Of a stretch of DNA of 64,000 nt, positions 39,431 to 50,699 are shown piece by piece (the stretch's first letter is position 1; each line of letters starts with the position of its first letter). The DNA is taken from positions 63,962 through 127,961 of the forward strand of contig JAVVEP010000003.1 of the NCBI GenBank assembly GCA_032250735.1, written 5' to 3'. The position numbers and the translations under genes are program-made. The notes under the pieces were generated by a model, which ran no database searches, had not been told where the DNA came from, and worked only from the letters and a program-made list of their open reading frames with translations. Source of the stretch: Gammaproteobacteria bacterium (lineage in GTDB: Bacteria; Pseudomonadota; Gammaproteobacteria; SZUA-152).

Positions 39431-39832
39431 TTACTTTTGATAAAGAGACGCCGGGTCTTTGATCACTGCGTCCGTTTCCACCCACCGGCCCTCCTGATAC
39501 TGCCGATAAAAACAGCGCTCACGGCCGGTGTGGCAGGCAATGCCGCCCACCTGTTCGACCGACAATAACAGCACATCGGCGTCACAATCGAGCCGCAGGT
39601 CTTTCAGTTTCTGCACGTGGCCGGACTCTTCACCCTTGCGCCACAGCCTCTGTCGCGAGCGCGACCAGTAGATGGCACGCCCTTCGTTGACGCTGAGTTG
39701 CAGCGCCTCGCGATTCATCCACGCCATCATCAGCACCTTGCCGCTCTGGGCATCCTGCGCAATGGCGGGCACCAGGCCGTCGGCATCCCACTGGATCTCG
39801 TTCAACCAGTCGCTGGTCTGCGCCGCGTTCAC
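39431..39832 (-). CDS. hisI: Phosphoribosyl-AMP cyclohydrolase
   Basis: [26 protein letters not shown]...[18 protein letters not shown]...CHTG. Confidence 0.93.
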   Translation of the reverse strand: MNAAQTSDWLNEIQWDADGLVPAIAQDAQSGKVLMMAWMNREALQLSVNEGRAIYWSRSRQRLWRKGEESGHVQKLKDLRLDCDADVLLLSVEQVGGIACHTGRERCFYRQYQEGRWVETDAVIKDPASLYQK

Positions 39833-40602
39833 AGCCGCACCTCCACACCCTGCGCGGCCATCGCGCGTTTTGCCTCTTCAATGGTGTGCTCGCCAAAATG
39901 AAAAATGCTTGCCGCCAGCACCGCATCGGCATGGCCCTCGGTAACGCCCTCGGTGAGATGCCTCAATTCACCCACACCCCCCGAGGCGATCACCGGCACG
40001 GTCACGGCGTCGCTCACGGCGCGCGTCAGTTCCAGATCAAAACCGCGCTTGGTGCCATCGCGATCCATGCTGGTCAGGAGGATCTCGCCCGCGCCGAAGG
40101 CCACCATCTTTTTCGCCCATTCAACGGCGTCGATACCGGTGGCCTTGCGGCCCCCGTGGGTGAAAATCTCCCAGCGCCTGGGCTCGCCTGCTGCACTCAC
40201 ACACTTGGCATCAATCGCTACCACGATACACTGCGAGCCAAACTTGTTGGCCGCCTCGCGCACAAACTCCGGATTAAACACGGCGGCGGTATTGATGCCG
40301 ACCTTGTCCGCGCCGGCGTTCAGCATGCGGCGGATATCTTCCACCGTGCGGATACCGCCACCCACCGTCAGCGGGATAAACACCTGCCCGGCCACCTCCT
40401 CCACCACGTGCACCATGGTTTCACGATTGTCCGAACTGGCGGTGATGTCCAGAAAGGTGATCTCGTCCGCGCCCTCCAGATCATAGCGTTTGGCGATCTC
40501 TACCGGATCACCGGCATCGCGGATGTCCACGAACTGCACGCCCTTGACGACGCGGCCGTTGTCCACGTCGAGGCAGGGAATAATGCGTTTTGCTAAGCCC
40601 AT
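39829..40602 (-). CDS. hisF: Imidazole glycerol phosphate synthase cyclase subunit
   Basis: [21 protein letters not shown]...TVGGGIR...SGGVG. Confidence 0.95.
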   Translation of the reverse strand: MGLAKRIIPCLDVDNGRVVKGVQFVDIRDAGDPVEIAKRYDLEGADEITFLDITASSDNRETMVHVVEEVAGQVFIPLTVGGGIRTVEDIRRMLNAGADKVGINTAAVFNPEFVREAANKFGSQCIVVAIDAKCVSAAGEPRRWEIFTHGGRKATGIDAVEWAKKMVAFGAGEILLTSMDRDGTKRGFDLELTRAVSDAVTVPVIASGGVGELRHLTEGVTEGHADAVLAASIFHFGEHTIEEAKRAMAAQGVEVRL

Positions 40603-40694
40603 ATTTAATTCAGATCAAAGATGCCAGGGCAAAGATAAAAGGAGATCGACCAACGGACGACCAATAACCCCTTTACTCTTTACTCTTTGCTCTT

Positions 40695-41441
40695 TCATCT
40701 GCCTTTCTCCAATTCATCCGCCAGCTTCTGGGCCTCGACAAAATCCAGTGTGCCTTCATAGATGGCACGGCCGGTGATGGCGCCCATGATGCCCTCATCG
40801 GCCACCGCACTGAGGGCGCGAATATCATCCAGATTGGTGATGCCGCCCGAGGCGATCACCGGAATATTGATCGCCTGCGCCAGCCTCACCGTGGCCTCCA
40901 CGTTGACGCCGTTCATCATGCCGTCACGCGAGATATCCGTGTACACAATCGCCTCGACACCATCATTTTCAAAATGCCTGGCCATGTCGATCACGTCGTG
41001 ATGCGACAGCTTGGACCAGCCATCAATCGCCACCTTGCCGTCTTTGGCGTCCAGGCCGACGATGATGTGGCCGGGAAAACTCAGGCAGATGTCCGACACA
41101 AAATGCGGCACCTTGACCGCCTTGGTGCCGATGATCACGTACTGTACGCCGGCGTCCAGGTAGGTCTGGATGGTTTCTTCATCACGAATGCCGCCACCGA
41201 TCTGCACCGGCACATCGGGAAAGGCCTCGACGATCTGGTGGACGATATCCGCATTCATCGGCTTGCCTTCGAAGGCGCCATTCAGGTCCACCAGATGCAG
41301 GCGTCGTGCGCCGGCCTCCACCCAGCGACGCGCCATGGCGACCGGGTCGTCAGAAAATACCGTATCGTCTTCCATGCGTCCCTGTTTCAGGCGTACACAT
41401 TTGCCGTCTTTCAAATCGATAGCGGGAATCAAAAGCATCAA
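40695..41441 (-). CDS. hisA: ProFAR isomerase
   Basis: [20 protein letters not shown]...VQIGGGIR...IASGGI. Confidence 0.95.
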   Translation of the reverse strand: MMLLIPAIDLKDGKCVRLKQGRMEDDTVFSDDPVAMARRWVEAGARRLHLVDLNGAFEGKPMNADIVHQIVEAFPDVPVQIGGGIRDEETIQTYLDAGVQYVIIGTKAVKVPHFVSDICLSFPGHIIVGLDAKDGKVAIDGWSKLSHHDVIDMARHFENDGVEAIVYTDISRDGMMNGVNVEATVRLAQAINIPVIASGGITNLDDIRALSAVADEGIMGAITGRAIYEGTLDFVEAQKLADELEKGR

Positions 41442-41507
41442 CTAATCCTCGTTAGAGCCTGCAACGTCACTCACTGAATAAATTCTCTACCACAGCACAC
41501 CGTACCT

Positions 41508-42158
41508 TCAGAGCCGGCCATCCCAGTTCACAAAATTGGCGTATAACTGCAGACCGGCCTGGGCGCTCTTTTCCGGATGAAACTGCACCGCGAAAATATT
41601 GTCCCGGGCAATCGCCGCCACAAACGGAAAGCCGTACACCGTGGTGCCGGCGATCGGCTCCGGGCTGGCCGGCTGCACATAATAACTGTGCACAAAATAA
41701 AACCGCGTGTCCGGCAGGATGTCTTTCCACATCGGGTGCGGCATGGTGTGGTCCACTTGATTCCAGCCCATGTGCGGCACCTTCAGGTGTGCGCCGCTGA
41801 GCGGATCGTGCAGGGCGGTACCAAAGGCCTCGACGCTACCGGGGAAGATGCCCAGGCAATCGACGCCGTCATTTTCCGCGCTGCGGTCCATCATCGCCTG
41901 CATGCCCACGCACACCCCCAGCAGCGGGCGGCCGCTCTCGGCCACCTGTTTGACGACCGCATCCAGGCCCAGACGCCTGAGTTCACCCATGCAGTCGCGC
42001 ATCGCGCCGACGCCCGGCAACACCACGCGGTCGGCGGCCAGGATTTGTTCGGCATCGGCGGTCACCAGCACGCGGTGATCACCCGGCACATGCTCCAGCG
42101 CCTTGGCCACCGAATGCAGGTTACCCATTCCATAGTCGATCACGGCAACGGTATTCAT
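41508..42158 (-). CDS. hisH: Imidazole glycerol phosphate synthase glutaminase subunit
   Basis: [14 protein letters not shown]...LPGVGA...LGVCVGMQ...FHPEKS. ATG 42158 was preferred over the TTG 42173 track start. Confidence 0.93.
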   Translation of the reverse strand: MNTVAVIDYGMGNLHSVAKALEHVPGDHRVLVTADAEQILAADRVVLPGVGAMRDCMGELRRLGLDAVVKQVAESGRPLLGVCVGMQAMMDRSAENDGVDCLGIFPGSVEAFGTALHDPLSGAHLKVPHMGWNQVDHTMPHPMWKDILPDTRFYFVHSYYVQPASPEPIAGTTVYGFPFVAAIARDNIFAVQFHPEKSAQAGLQLYANFVNWDGRL

Positions 42159-42176
42159 CTTTTTCGCCGTCAATGC

Positions 42177-42770
42177 CTACAGCTTGCCTTTGGTGGAGGG
42201 CAGAATATCGCCCATGCGCGAATCGATCTCCAGCGCCATGCGCAACGCACGGCCAAAGGCCTTGAAAATGGTCTCGGCGATGTGGTGTGAATTCTTGCCG
42301 CGCAGGTTATCGACGTGCAGCGAGACCATGGCGTGATTGACGAAGCCCTGGAAAAATTCCACCAGCAGGTCCACATCAAAGTCGCCCACGCGCGCGCGCG
42401 GATAGTCGGCGTGGTGTTCCAGACCGGGCCGGCCGGAGAAGTCCACCACCACCCGTGACAGGGCCTCGTCCAGCGGCACATAGGCGTGGCCGTAACGCCG
42501 GATGCCGCGCTTGTCGCCCACCGCCTCGGCAAAGGCCTGGCCCAGGGTGATGCCCACATCTTCCACCGTGTGGTGGGCATCAATCTGCAGGTCGCCCTTG
42601 GCCTGGATATTCAGATCGATCATGCCGTGACGGGCCACCTGATCCAGCATGTGGTCGAGGAAGGGCACGCCGGTGTCCACCTCGCAGCTGCCGCTGCCGT
42701 CCAGATTGATGGAGACCTGAATCTGGGTTTCCAGCGTATCGCGTTTTATCGTGGCCTTACGGGCAGCCAT
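42177..42770 (-). CDS. hisB: Imidazoleglycerol-phosphate dehydratase (monofunctional)
   Basis: RDTLETQI...FLDHML...DAHHTVED...GKNSHHIAE. At 197 aa it has no HisNB phosphatase domain. Confidence 0.95.
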   Translation of the reverse strand: MAARKATIKRDTLETQIQVSINLDGSGSCEVDTGVPFLDHMLDQVARHGMIDLNIQAKGDLQIDAHHTVEDVGITLGQAFAEAVGDKRGIRRYGHAYVPLDEALSRVVVDFSGRPGLEHHADYPRARVGDFDVDLLVEFFQGFVNHAMVSLHVDNLRGKNSHHIAETIFKAFGRALRMALEIDSRMGDILPSTKGKL

Positions 42771-42975
42771 GTTGCTCTCCAGTCTGTGTCATCATCGCCC
42801 GGTCGGCGAGAAATGTGGGTTGATGCCGGTATTGAAGCGTATGGTGAATCTTGTATTAAAGCCTGTGCTGAATCGTTTGTGATAGCCGTTTGTGAAAACC
42901 ATTGCACCGCGCATCAACCGCGTAGCATAACGGTAAGCGTCAGCCGATTGAAGCGGAACCACACGTTCAGCGGCC

Positions 42976-44082
42976 CTATTTCCCGATGGCGCTCACCAGC
43001 GCCTGCAGGAAGGCGGCGTTTTCCTCAGCGCTCCCGACCGTCACCCGCAGGCAATTCGCCAGCGGCCCCTGATCGGCCCCCATGTGCTTGATCAGCACAC
43101 CCTGCGCCTTTAGTGCCTCGAACACCTCGCGGGCGGCCGCGACACGAAACAGGATAAAATTGGCGCGGCTGGGAAAGGGCGTCACACCGTCCAGGGCGTC
43201 CAGCGCGGCGGCCAGCCGCTCGCGATCCGTGCAGATCTGCCGGGTCTGCCCATCCAGCACCTCGCGGTGGGCCAGCGCAAACTCGGCGCTGACCTGGGTC
43301 AGCACGTTGATATTATAGGGTAGGCGGGTCTTGTCGAATTCCCCCAGCCAGGCCTTCGGCCCCGCCAGCAGCCCCAAACGCAGCCCGGCCAGACCCATCT
43401 TGGACACGGTACGCATCACCACCAGGTTGTCGTAGACGCCCAGCTCGGTCATGAAACTGTCGCCGGCAAAGGCGTGATAGGCCTCGTCGACCACCACCAG
43501 GCCGGGACTGGCCTCGATCACCGCGCGCACCGCCGCGCGATCAAACAGGTTGCCGGTGGGATTATTGGGATAGGCCAGAAACACCACCGCCGGCTGGTGT
43601 TGCCGGATGGCGGCCAGCATGGCCTCCACATCGAGTGAAAAATCCTCTGCCAGCGGCACGCCCACGTAATCCATGCCGGTGAAGGTGGCGATCATCTTGT
43701 ACATCACGAAGCTGGGCTCCGGCGCCAGCACCACCCGCCCTGGCTGCGCCAGGCTCAGGGCGATCATCTGGATCAGCTCATCAGAACCGTTGCCTAACAA
43801 TACATCCTGACCCGCCGGCACGCCCATGGCCTCGCCCAGGCTGGCCTTGAGACCGGCGGGCGCGGGATCGGGATAGCGGTTGAGGCTGACGTCGCGCAGT
43901 ACGGCGAGCCATTCCTCCACCATGTCCTCGGGCCAGCGATAGGGATTTTCCATGGCATCCAGCTTGATGAAATCCGCCGACGGCGGCACGTGGTAGGCCG
44001 ACAGGGCGCGGATCTCGGGACGTATCCAGTGCGCGACCCGCGCCAGTAGCGAGGGGTTAGTGTCGAGTGTCGAGATGGCCAT
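42976..44082 (-). CDS. hisC: Histidinol-phosphate aminotransferase
   Basis: LDAMENPY...YPNNPTGN...MRTVSKMGLAGLRLG. ATG 44082 (MAISTL) was chosen. Confidence 0.93.
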   Translation of the reverse strand: MAISTLDTNPSLLARVAHWIRPEIRALSAYHVPPSADFIKLDAMENPYRWPEDMVEEWLAVLRDVSLNRYPDPAPAGLKASLGEAMGVPAGQDVLLGNGSDELIQMIALSLAQPGRVVLAPEPSFVMYKMIATFTGMDYVGVPLAEDFSLDVEAMLAAIRQHQPAVVFLAYPNNPTGNLFDRAAVRAVIEASPGLVVVDEAYHAFAGDSFMTELGVYDNLVVMRTVSKMGLAGLRLGLLAGPKAWLGEFDKTRLPYNINVLTQVSAEFALAHREVLDGQTRQICTDRERLAAALDALDGVTPFPSRANFILFRVAAAREVFEALKAQGVLIKHMGADQGPLANCLRVTVGSAEENAAFLQALVSAIGK

Positions 44083-44111
44083 GTCGTTTTTCACCAGCAA
44101 CTCGTCCCGCG

Positions 44112-45416
44112 TCACTCGCCACCTTTTATCCGGTACTCGGCAGAACGGGCGTGCGCGTCCAGCCCCTCGCCGCGCGCCAGGGTCGAGGCGACCCTGCCCA
44201 GGGCCGAGGCGCCGTCCGCCGAACACATGATCAGGCTGGAGCGCTTCTGGAAGTCGTACACGCCCAACGGTGAGGAATAGCGCGCGGTGCGCGAGGTGGG
44301 CAGTACGTGATTCGGCCCGGCACAGTAATCGCCCAGCGCCTCGGCGGTGTAGCGCCCCATGAAGATGGCGCCGGCGTGTTTGATCTTTTTGGCCATTGCC
44401 TCGGGATCGGCCACCGACAGCTCCAGATGCTCCGGCGCGATGTGATTGGCCACGGTAACGGCCTCGTCCAGATCCTTCACCTGCACCAGGGCGCCGCGGT
44501 CGGCGAGCGAGGTGCGGATGATCCCGGCCCGATCCATAGTGGGCAGCAGTTTGTCGATGCTGGCCTGCACCCGGTCAAGGTAATCGGCGTCGGGACAGAG
44601 CAGGATGGACTGGGCGTCCTCATCGTGCTCGGCCTGGGAAAACAGGTCCATGGCGATCCAGTCCGGATCGGTCAGGCCATCGCATACCACCAGGATCTCC
44701 GAGGGTCCGGCGATCATGTCGATGCCCACGGTGCCGAACACATGACGCTTGGCGGTGGCCACATAGATGTTGCCGGGGCCGACGACCTTGTCCACCTGCG
44801 GCACCGTCTCGGTGCCATAGGCCAGCGCGGCGACGGCCTGTGCCCCGCCGACGGTGAACACCCGATCCACGCCGCAGATGGCGGCCGCGGCGAATACCAG
44901 CTCGTTGATCTCGCCGTCCGGGGTGGGCACCACCATGATCAGCTCGGCCACGCCGGCCACCTTGGCGGGGATAGCGTTCATCAGCACCGACGAGGGGTAG
45001 GCCGCCTTGCCGCCGGGCACATACAGCCCCACCCGCTCCAGCGCGGTGACCTGCTGCCCCAGCAGGGTGCCGTCGGCCTCGGTGTAACTCCAGGAGTCCT
45101 GTTTCTGGTGTTGGTGATAGGCGCGCACCCGATCGGCGGCCTGTTGCAGGGCCACACGTTGCTCCGTCGGCAGACCGTCCAGCGCCTGCTGTAGACGCTC
45201 AGTGGGGATCTCCAGCTCGACCATGCTTGCCGCCGAGGTGCGATCAAACCGGTTGGTGTATTCCACCAGGGCGGCATCGCCACGGGCGCGGATGGCGGCG
45301 ATGATCTCGGTCACAATGGAATTTACCGCCGCGTCGGACACCGATTCCCAGGCCAGCAGGGTGTCGAGCCTCTGCCAGAAATTGGCGTCAGTGCTATTGA
45401 GTCGTTGGATAATCAT
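44112..45416 (-). CDS. hisD: Histidinol dehydrogenase
   Basis: [18 protein letters not shown]...GPGNIYV...SQAEHDE...APEHLEL. Confidence 0.96.
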   Translation of the reverse strand: MIIQRLNSTDANFWQRLDTLLAWESVSDAAVNSIVTEIIAAIRARGDAALVEYTNRFDRTSAASMVELEIPTERLQQALDGLPTEQRVALQQAADRVRAYHQHQKQDSWSYTEADGTLLGQQVTALERVGLYVPGGKAAYPSSVLMNAIPAKVAGVAELIMVVPTPDGEINELVFAAAAICGVDRVFTVGGAQAVAALAYGTETVPQVDKVVGPGNIYVATAKRHVFGTVGIDMIAGPSEILVVCDGLTDPDWIAMDLFSQAEHDEDAQSILLCPDADYLDRVQASIDKLLPTMDRAGIIRTSLADRGALVQVKDLDEAVTVANHIAPEHLELSVADPEAMAKKIKHAGAIFMGRYTAEALGDYCAGPNHVLPTSRTARYSSPLGVYDFQKRSSLIMCSADGASALGRVASTLARGEGLDAHARSAEYRIKGGE

Positions 45417-45490
45417 TCATTTCCTCGCCACATGGAGAAAAGATACCAGGGAAAAATTCGTTTTGTGCTGCCCCTTTTATCTTGCCTCTT

Positions 45491-46144
45491 TTATCTTTGC
45501 CCTGTATTCACTGCCTCGCCGATCTGCTCGATGAGGGCCTTGACCCGCGCGTGCTTCACCTTCATCGCCGCCTTGTTGACGATCAGCCGCGAGCTGATAT
45601 CGGCGATGTGCTCAAAGGGGGCCAGGCCGTTGGCGCGGAGGGTGTTGCCGGTGTCCACCACATCGACGATGCGATCGGCCAGGCCTACCAGGGGCGCCAG
45701 CTCCATGGAGCCGTAGAGCTTGATAATCTCTACCTGCTCGCCGCGGCTGGCATAAAACCGGCGGGTGCTGTTGACGAACTTGGTGGCCACCCGCAGCCGT
45801 CGACCAGGCAGCACCGCCTCCTCGCCCACCCGCCCGGCGGTCATCAGCTTGCAGCGGGCGATGTTCAGATCCAGCGGCTCATAGAGGCCGTCGCCGCCGT
45901 GTTCCAGCAGCACGTCCTTGCCCGCCACGCCCACATCCGCCGCCCCGTACTGCACATAGGTCGGCACGTCAGTGGCGCGCAGGATCAGCACCTTCACCTC
46001 GGCCTGATTGGTATCCAGGATCAGCTTGCGAGACGTATCGGGATCGTCCACCAGCTCGATACCGGCGTGGCGCAGCAGCGGTAGCGTCTCTTTGTAAATG
46101 CGTCCCTTGGAGAGGGCGATAATCAGGCTGTTATTTTCACTCAT
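45491..46144 (-). CDS. hisG: ATP phosphoribosyltransferase (short form)
   Basis: IALSKGRI...[23 protein letters not shown]...[16 protein letters not shown] 46144 or GTG 46153. Confidence 0.93.
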   Translation of the reverse strand: MSENNSLIIALSKGRIYKETLPLLRHAGIELVDDPDTSRKLILDTNQAEVKVLILRATDVPTYVQYGAADVGVAGKDVLLEHGGDGLYEPLDLNIARCKLMTAGRVGEEAVLPGRRLRVATKFVNSTRRFYASRGEQVEIIKLYGSMELAPLVGLADRIVDVVDTGNTLRANGLAPFEHIADISSRLIVNKAAMKVKHARVKALIEQIGEAVNTGQR

Positions 46145-46161
46145 ATCTGGCACGTTTCACT

Positions 46162-46217
46162 GTAGGGTGGGCATTGCCCACCAGCACACTATTTTCGGTG
46201 GGCAATGCCCACCCTAC
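46162..46217. repeat. REP-like inverted pair GTAGGGTGGGCATTGCCCACC-N14-GGTGGGCAATGCCCACCCTAC
   Basis: Read directly. It begins 18 nt upstream of the hisG ATG (46144). Confidence 0.92.
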
Positions 46218-46256
46218 ACACTCAGCACTCAGCACTCAGCACTCAGCACTCAGCAC
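46218..46256. repeat. Heptanucleotide microsatellite (CACTCAG) x5.5, reverse complement of the 9.4-kb tracts
   Basis: Counted directly. It abuts the murA stop codon (46260-46262). Confidence 0.95.
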
Positions 46257-46259
46257 TAT

Positions 46260-47528
<1,269 letters not shown>

Positions 47529-47640
47529 TTACCCCGCTCGCTGCGGCCTGCTGGCCGCACGGCGGTTATGAGTTCATGAGTGGTTATGGGTTAGTGGCCC
47601 GGATGTCTGTCGGATTCAGGATGGCGGGGTTGCGGCCGCC

Positions 47641-47680
47641 AAAAATAAAAAGGCCACCCGTGCCGCAACCAAGGTGGCCA
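47641..47680 (-). terminator. Rho-independent terminator after ibaG
   Basis: The minus strand reads GGCCACC-N14-GGTGGCC followed by TTTTTATTTTT. Confidence 0.7.
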
Positions 47681-47706
47681 TTATTCACCTTGCGAGGCGG
47701 CCGGTA

Positions 47707-47967
47707 TCAGCTCGCACCCACCTGTAGCTTGCTGGCCTTTGCCCACTCGGCGGGCGTGTAGGCCTTGATGGTAAAGGCATGCAGCTCGCCGCTGACAATC
47801 GGTTCATTGACCGTGGCATAGACCATTTTCTGTTTCGCCACCAGCGACTTGCCCTCAAAGGCATCGGCCACCACCACGGCCTGAAAGTGGCTGCCGTCGC
47901 CGGTCACGGTGGCGGTCGCGCCCGGCAGACCGGTCTCGATCAAACGCTGTATTTCGCTGATTTCCAT
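47707..47967 (-). CDS. ibaG: BolA-family protein IbaG
   Basis: 86 aa with GDGSHFQAVVVADAFEGKSLVAKQKMVY. Lies between mla and murA, as in E. coli and Pseudomonas. Confidence 0.88.
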   Translation of the reverse strand: MEISEIQRLIETGLPGATATVTGDGSHFQAVVVADAFEGKSLVAKQKMVYATVNEPIVSGELHAFTIKAYTPAEWAKASKLQVGAS

Positions 47968-48042
47968 TTATCGACTAACTCGTTGAATTGGGGGACCTTC
48001 CTGCAAAAGTCCGCACCATGAACAGGACGCGTAGAATACCGC

Positions 48043-48813
48043 TTAGCCGCGGATTTTGTAACCCTTTTGCAGCATCAGCAGGGCCACCGCGCTCAGCGCC
48101 ACCAGAAATACCAGGGTCACCAGCAGGCTGAGCATGGGATCGGCATCCGATTGGCCAAAAAAGCCGTAGCGAAACCCGTCGATCAGATAGAAAAAGGGAT
48201 TGAACTGCGACACGGTCTGCCACATCCCGGGCAGGGAATGGATGGAATAGAACACCCCGCTCAGAAACGACAGGGGCAGGATGAAAAAATTCTGGAATCC
48301 GGCCAGCTGATCAAACTTTTCCGCCCATACCCCGGCGATCAGCCCCAGCACCCCCAGGGTGGCGCTGCCCAGCACGGCGAACACCACGATCGCCCACCCC
48401 GCCGCCAACGGCAGATCGATAAACAGGATCGCCACCAGGTACACCGCCAGCGCCACCAGCACCCCGCGCACCACCGCGGCGGCGGCGTGGGCGATAAAAA
48501 ACTCCAGGCTGGAGATGGGCGACAGCAGCACAAATACCAGATTGCCCATCATCTTCGACTGGATCAGGCTCGACGAGGTATTGGCGAAGGCGTTCTGGAT
48601 GATGGACATCATCATCAGCCCGGGGATCAGGAAGGACGAATAGCCCACCCCGTCATAGACCTGCACATTGCCCTCCAGGGCCTGACCAAACACCAGCAGG
48701 TAGAGCAGCGCGGTGACCACCGGCGTCAGGATGGTCTGCACAAACACCTTCATAAAACGCCACACCTCCTTGGCGAACAGCGTGTAGACACCGCGCAGTC
48801 GGGAGGCCCTCAT
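48043..48813 (-). CDS. ABC-2 type exporter permease (YadH-like)
   Basis: LFAKEVWRFMKVFVQTILTPVVTALLYLLVFG and six hydrophobic segments. Confidence 0.85.
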   Translation of the reverse strand: MRASRLRGVYTLFAKEVWRFMKVFVQTILTPVVTALLYLLVFGQALEGNVQVYDGVGYSSFLIPGLMMMSIIQNAFANTSSSLIQSKMMGNLVFVLLSPISSLEFFIAHAAAAVVRGVLVALAVYLVAILFIDLPLAAGWAIVVFAVLGSATLGVLGLIAGVWAEKFDQLAGFQNFFILPLSFLSGVFYSIHSLPGMWQTVSQFNPFFYLIDGFRYGFFGQSDADPMLSLLVTLVFLVALSAVALLMLQKGYKIRG

Positions 48814-49760
48814 GGGGAGACCCCTGCATCGACTGGCGGTGCGATGCCAGAGGGGTCGGCGGTGAGGTCCAGAAACACCGCCTCCAGCCCCGCCTCTTCG
48901 GTGTGCAGATCGATCACCTCAATGCCGGCGCCCTGCAGCGCCTTGAGCACATCCACAATATGGTCGTCGATTTTGTGCAGTCGCAATGACAGGAAATTGT
49001 CCCCGGCCTCCAGCACCAGCGGGCGCACGGCCTCGGGCAGGGTATAGTCCGCCTGCGCCAGGGTGAGCCGCAGCGACCGATGCGGGCTGCGCGCCAGCAG
49101 CACCTGCGTGCTCTCCTGCACCACCACCTGACCCCGGCGGAGGATGGCGATCTCCTCGCACAGCGCCTCGGCCTCCTCCAGATAGTGGGTGGTCAGCACA
49201 ATGGTGTGGCCATCGGCGTGCAGCCGTTTGGTAAACTGCCACAGGGCCTGACGCAGCTCGACATCCACACCCGCCGTCGGCTCGTCCAGCACCACCACCG
49301 CGGGCTTGTGCACCAGGGCCTGGGCGATCAGCACGCGGCGCTTCATGCCACCCGAGAGGTCGTGCAGATTGGTGTCGGCCTTGTCGCTGAGGCTGAGGGT
49401 CTCCAGCAGCTCGTCGACCCAGGGGTAGTTTTCCGGCCCGTGGCCAAAATAACCCGACTGCAGGCGCAGCACCTCGCGGACCGAGAAAAAGGGGTCGTAG
49501 ACCAGCTCCTGCGGCACCACGCCCAGCGCCTGGCGGGCCTGCCGAAAGTCGCTCACCACATCGTGGCCCATGATACTGACGCTGCCGGCATCGGCCTTCA
49601 TCAGGCCCGCCATGATATTGATCAGGGTCGATTTGCCCGCCCCGTTGGGACCCAGCAGGCCAAAAAAGCTGCCCTGCGGCACCTCGATCGAGACCTCGTT
49701 AAGGGCATGCAGGGCACCGAAGCGCTTGTGCACCCCCTGAATGGAGACCGCCTTGCGCAT
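48810..49760 (-). CDS. ABC exporter ATP-binding protein (YadG-like)
   Basis: GPNGAGKST, LSGGMKRR and VVVLDEPTAGVD. Its start is 1 nt from the mlaB stop. Confidence 0.88.
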   Translation of the reverse strand: MRKAVSIQGVHKRFGALHALNEVSIEVPQGSFFGLLGPNGAGKSTLINIMAGLMKADAGSVSIMGHDVVSDFRQARQALGVVPQELVYDPFFSVREVLRLQSGYFGHGPENYPWVDELLETLSLSDKADTNLHDLSGGMKRRVLIAQALVHKPAVVVLDEPTAGVDVELRQALWQFTKRLHADGHTIVLTTHYLEEAEALCEEIAILRRGQVVVQESTQVLLARSPHRSLRLTLAQADYTLPEAVRPLVLEAGDNFLSLRLHKIDDHIVDVLKALQGAGIEVIDLHTEEAGLEAVFLDLTADPSGIAPPVDAGVSP

Positions 49761-49761
49761 G

Positions 49762-50058
49762 TCAGTTCAGGGCGAGCAGCTCATCGACACCGCTAAGACG
49801 GGCGATGGCCAGCATCTGGGAGGGGATGTTCTGAAAGTCGATGCTGCGCTGTTGCTGCGCGGCGGCCCGCCGCCATTCGATCAACAGCGCGACGCCGGCG
49901 CTGTCGGCACGCTCGACACCCTGCAGATCGATACGGATCTCCGCGTCGCCCTGCCGCCAGTCCAGCTGTTTGAGCAGGGCGGGCACCGTCGCCATGCTCA
50001 GCTCGCCGGACAGCATCAGGCGCCCGTCATCCGCGGTTTGCAGGCGGGTGGCGCTCAC
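49762..50058 (-). CDS. mlaB: STAS-domain protein MlaB
   Basis: 98 aa, IDLQGVERADSAGVALLIEW, operon position. GTG start overlaps the mlaC stop. Confidence 0.8.
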   Translation of the reverse strand: MSATRLQTADDGRLMLSGELSMATVPALLKQLDWRQGDAEIRIDLQGVERADSAGVALLIEWRRAAAQQQRSIDFQNIPSQMLAIARLSGVDELLALN

Positions 50059-50699
50059 GGTTTTACGCCATCCGTCACCACGGCGGGTGCGTTGCGTTCG
50101 GCCAGCCGCTCGATCAGTTTCTCCAGCCCGTCCTTGCGGATCTCCTGGGCAAACGAGGTCCGGTAATTGGCCACCAGACTGATGCCGTCCACGCTCACAT
50201 CAAACACCTTCCAGGTGTCGTCCTTGATGTGCATCTTGTAGTCGATCGGGATGGGGAAGCCGGCGGACTGCTGAATCTCGGTGCGCACCGTCACCTGCGA
50301 GCCATCCGCCTGTTCACGGGCCGGCAGCATGTCGATCTTCTTGTCGTAATTATCATTCAGGGCCTTGGCATAGGTGCGCACCAGCAGGGTGCGAAACTCA
50401 CTGGCAAAACGCTTTTTCTCATCAGGCTTGGCGGTGCGCCAGTATTTACCCAGCACCCAGCTGGACATGCGGTCAAAATCGAAGTGCGGCGCGACGATAT
50501 CGTCGACCACCTGCAACAGGTAATTGGGGTCGGCGCTGATCTTGTCCTGCTCGGCGCGCAACACGCTGGTGATCTGGTCGGTGGTCTGCTGTACCAGCTC
50601 CTGCGGCGCCTGGATGGCCAGCGCCGGGGCGCTCAACATACCCAGCGCCAGACACCAGCCGGCATATCTTGTTAAGCCCTTGCTCACGACATTCCTCAC
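50055..50699 (-). CDS. mlaC: Periplasmic phospholipid-binding protein MlaC (Ttg2D family)
   Basis: Signal peptide, then IVAPHFDFDRMSSWVLGKYWR...FRTLLVRTYA...VDGISLV. Confidence 0.88.
   Translation of the reverse strand: MRNVVSKGLTRYAGWCLALGMLSAPALAIQAPQELVQQTTDQITSVLRAEQDKISADPNYLLQVVDDIVAPHFDFDRMSSWVLGKYWRTAKPDEKKRFASEFRTLLVRTYAKALNDNYDKKIDMLPAREQADGSQVTVRTEIQQSAGFPIPIDYKMHIKDDTWKVFDVSVDGISLVANYRTSFAQEIRKDGLEKLIERLAERNAPAVVTDGVKP

Noticed and set aside
40627-40641. 15-mer GGGCAAAGATAAAAG shared in opposite orientation with 45488-45502, considered as a regulatory motif of the his cluster.
   Set aside because: A few exact 15-mer matches are expected by chance when 64 kb is compared with itself on both strands. 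One copy simply encodes the hisG C-terminus and stop. It is kept only as a note within the local-repeat findings.
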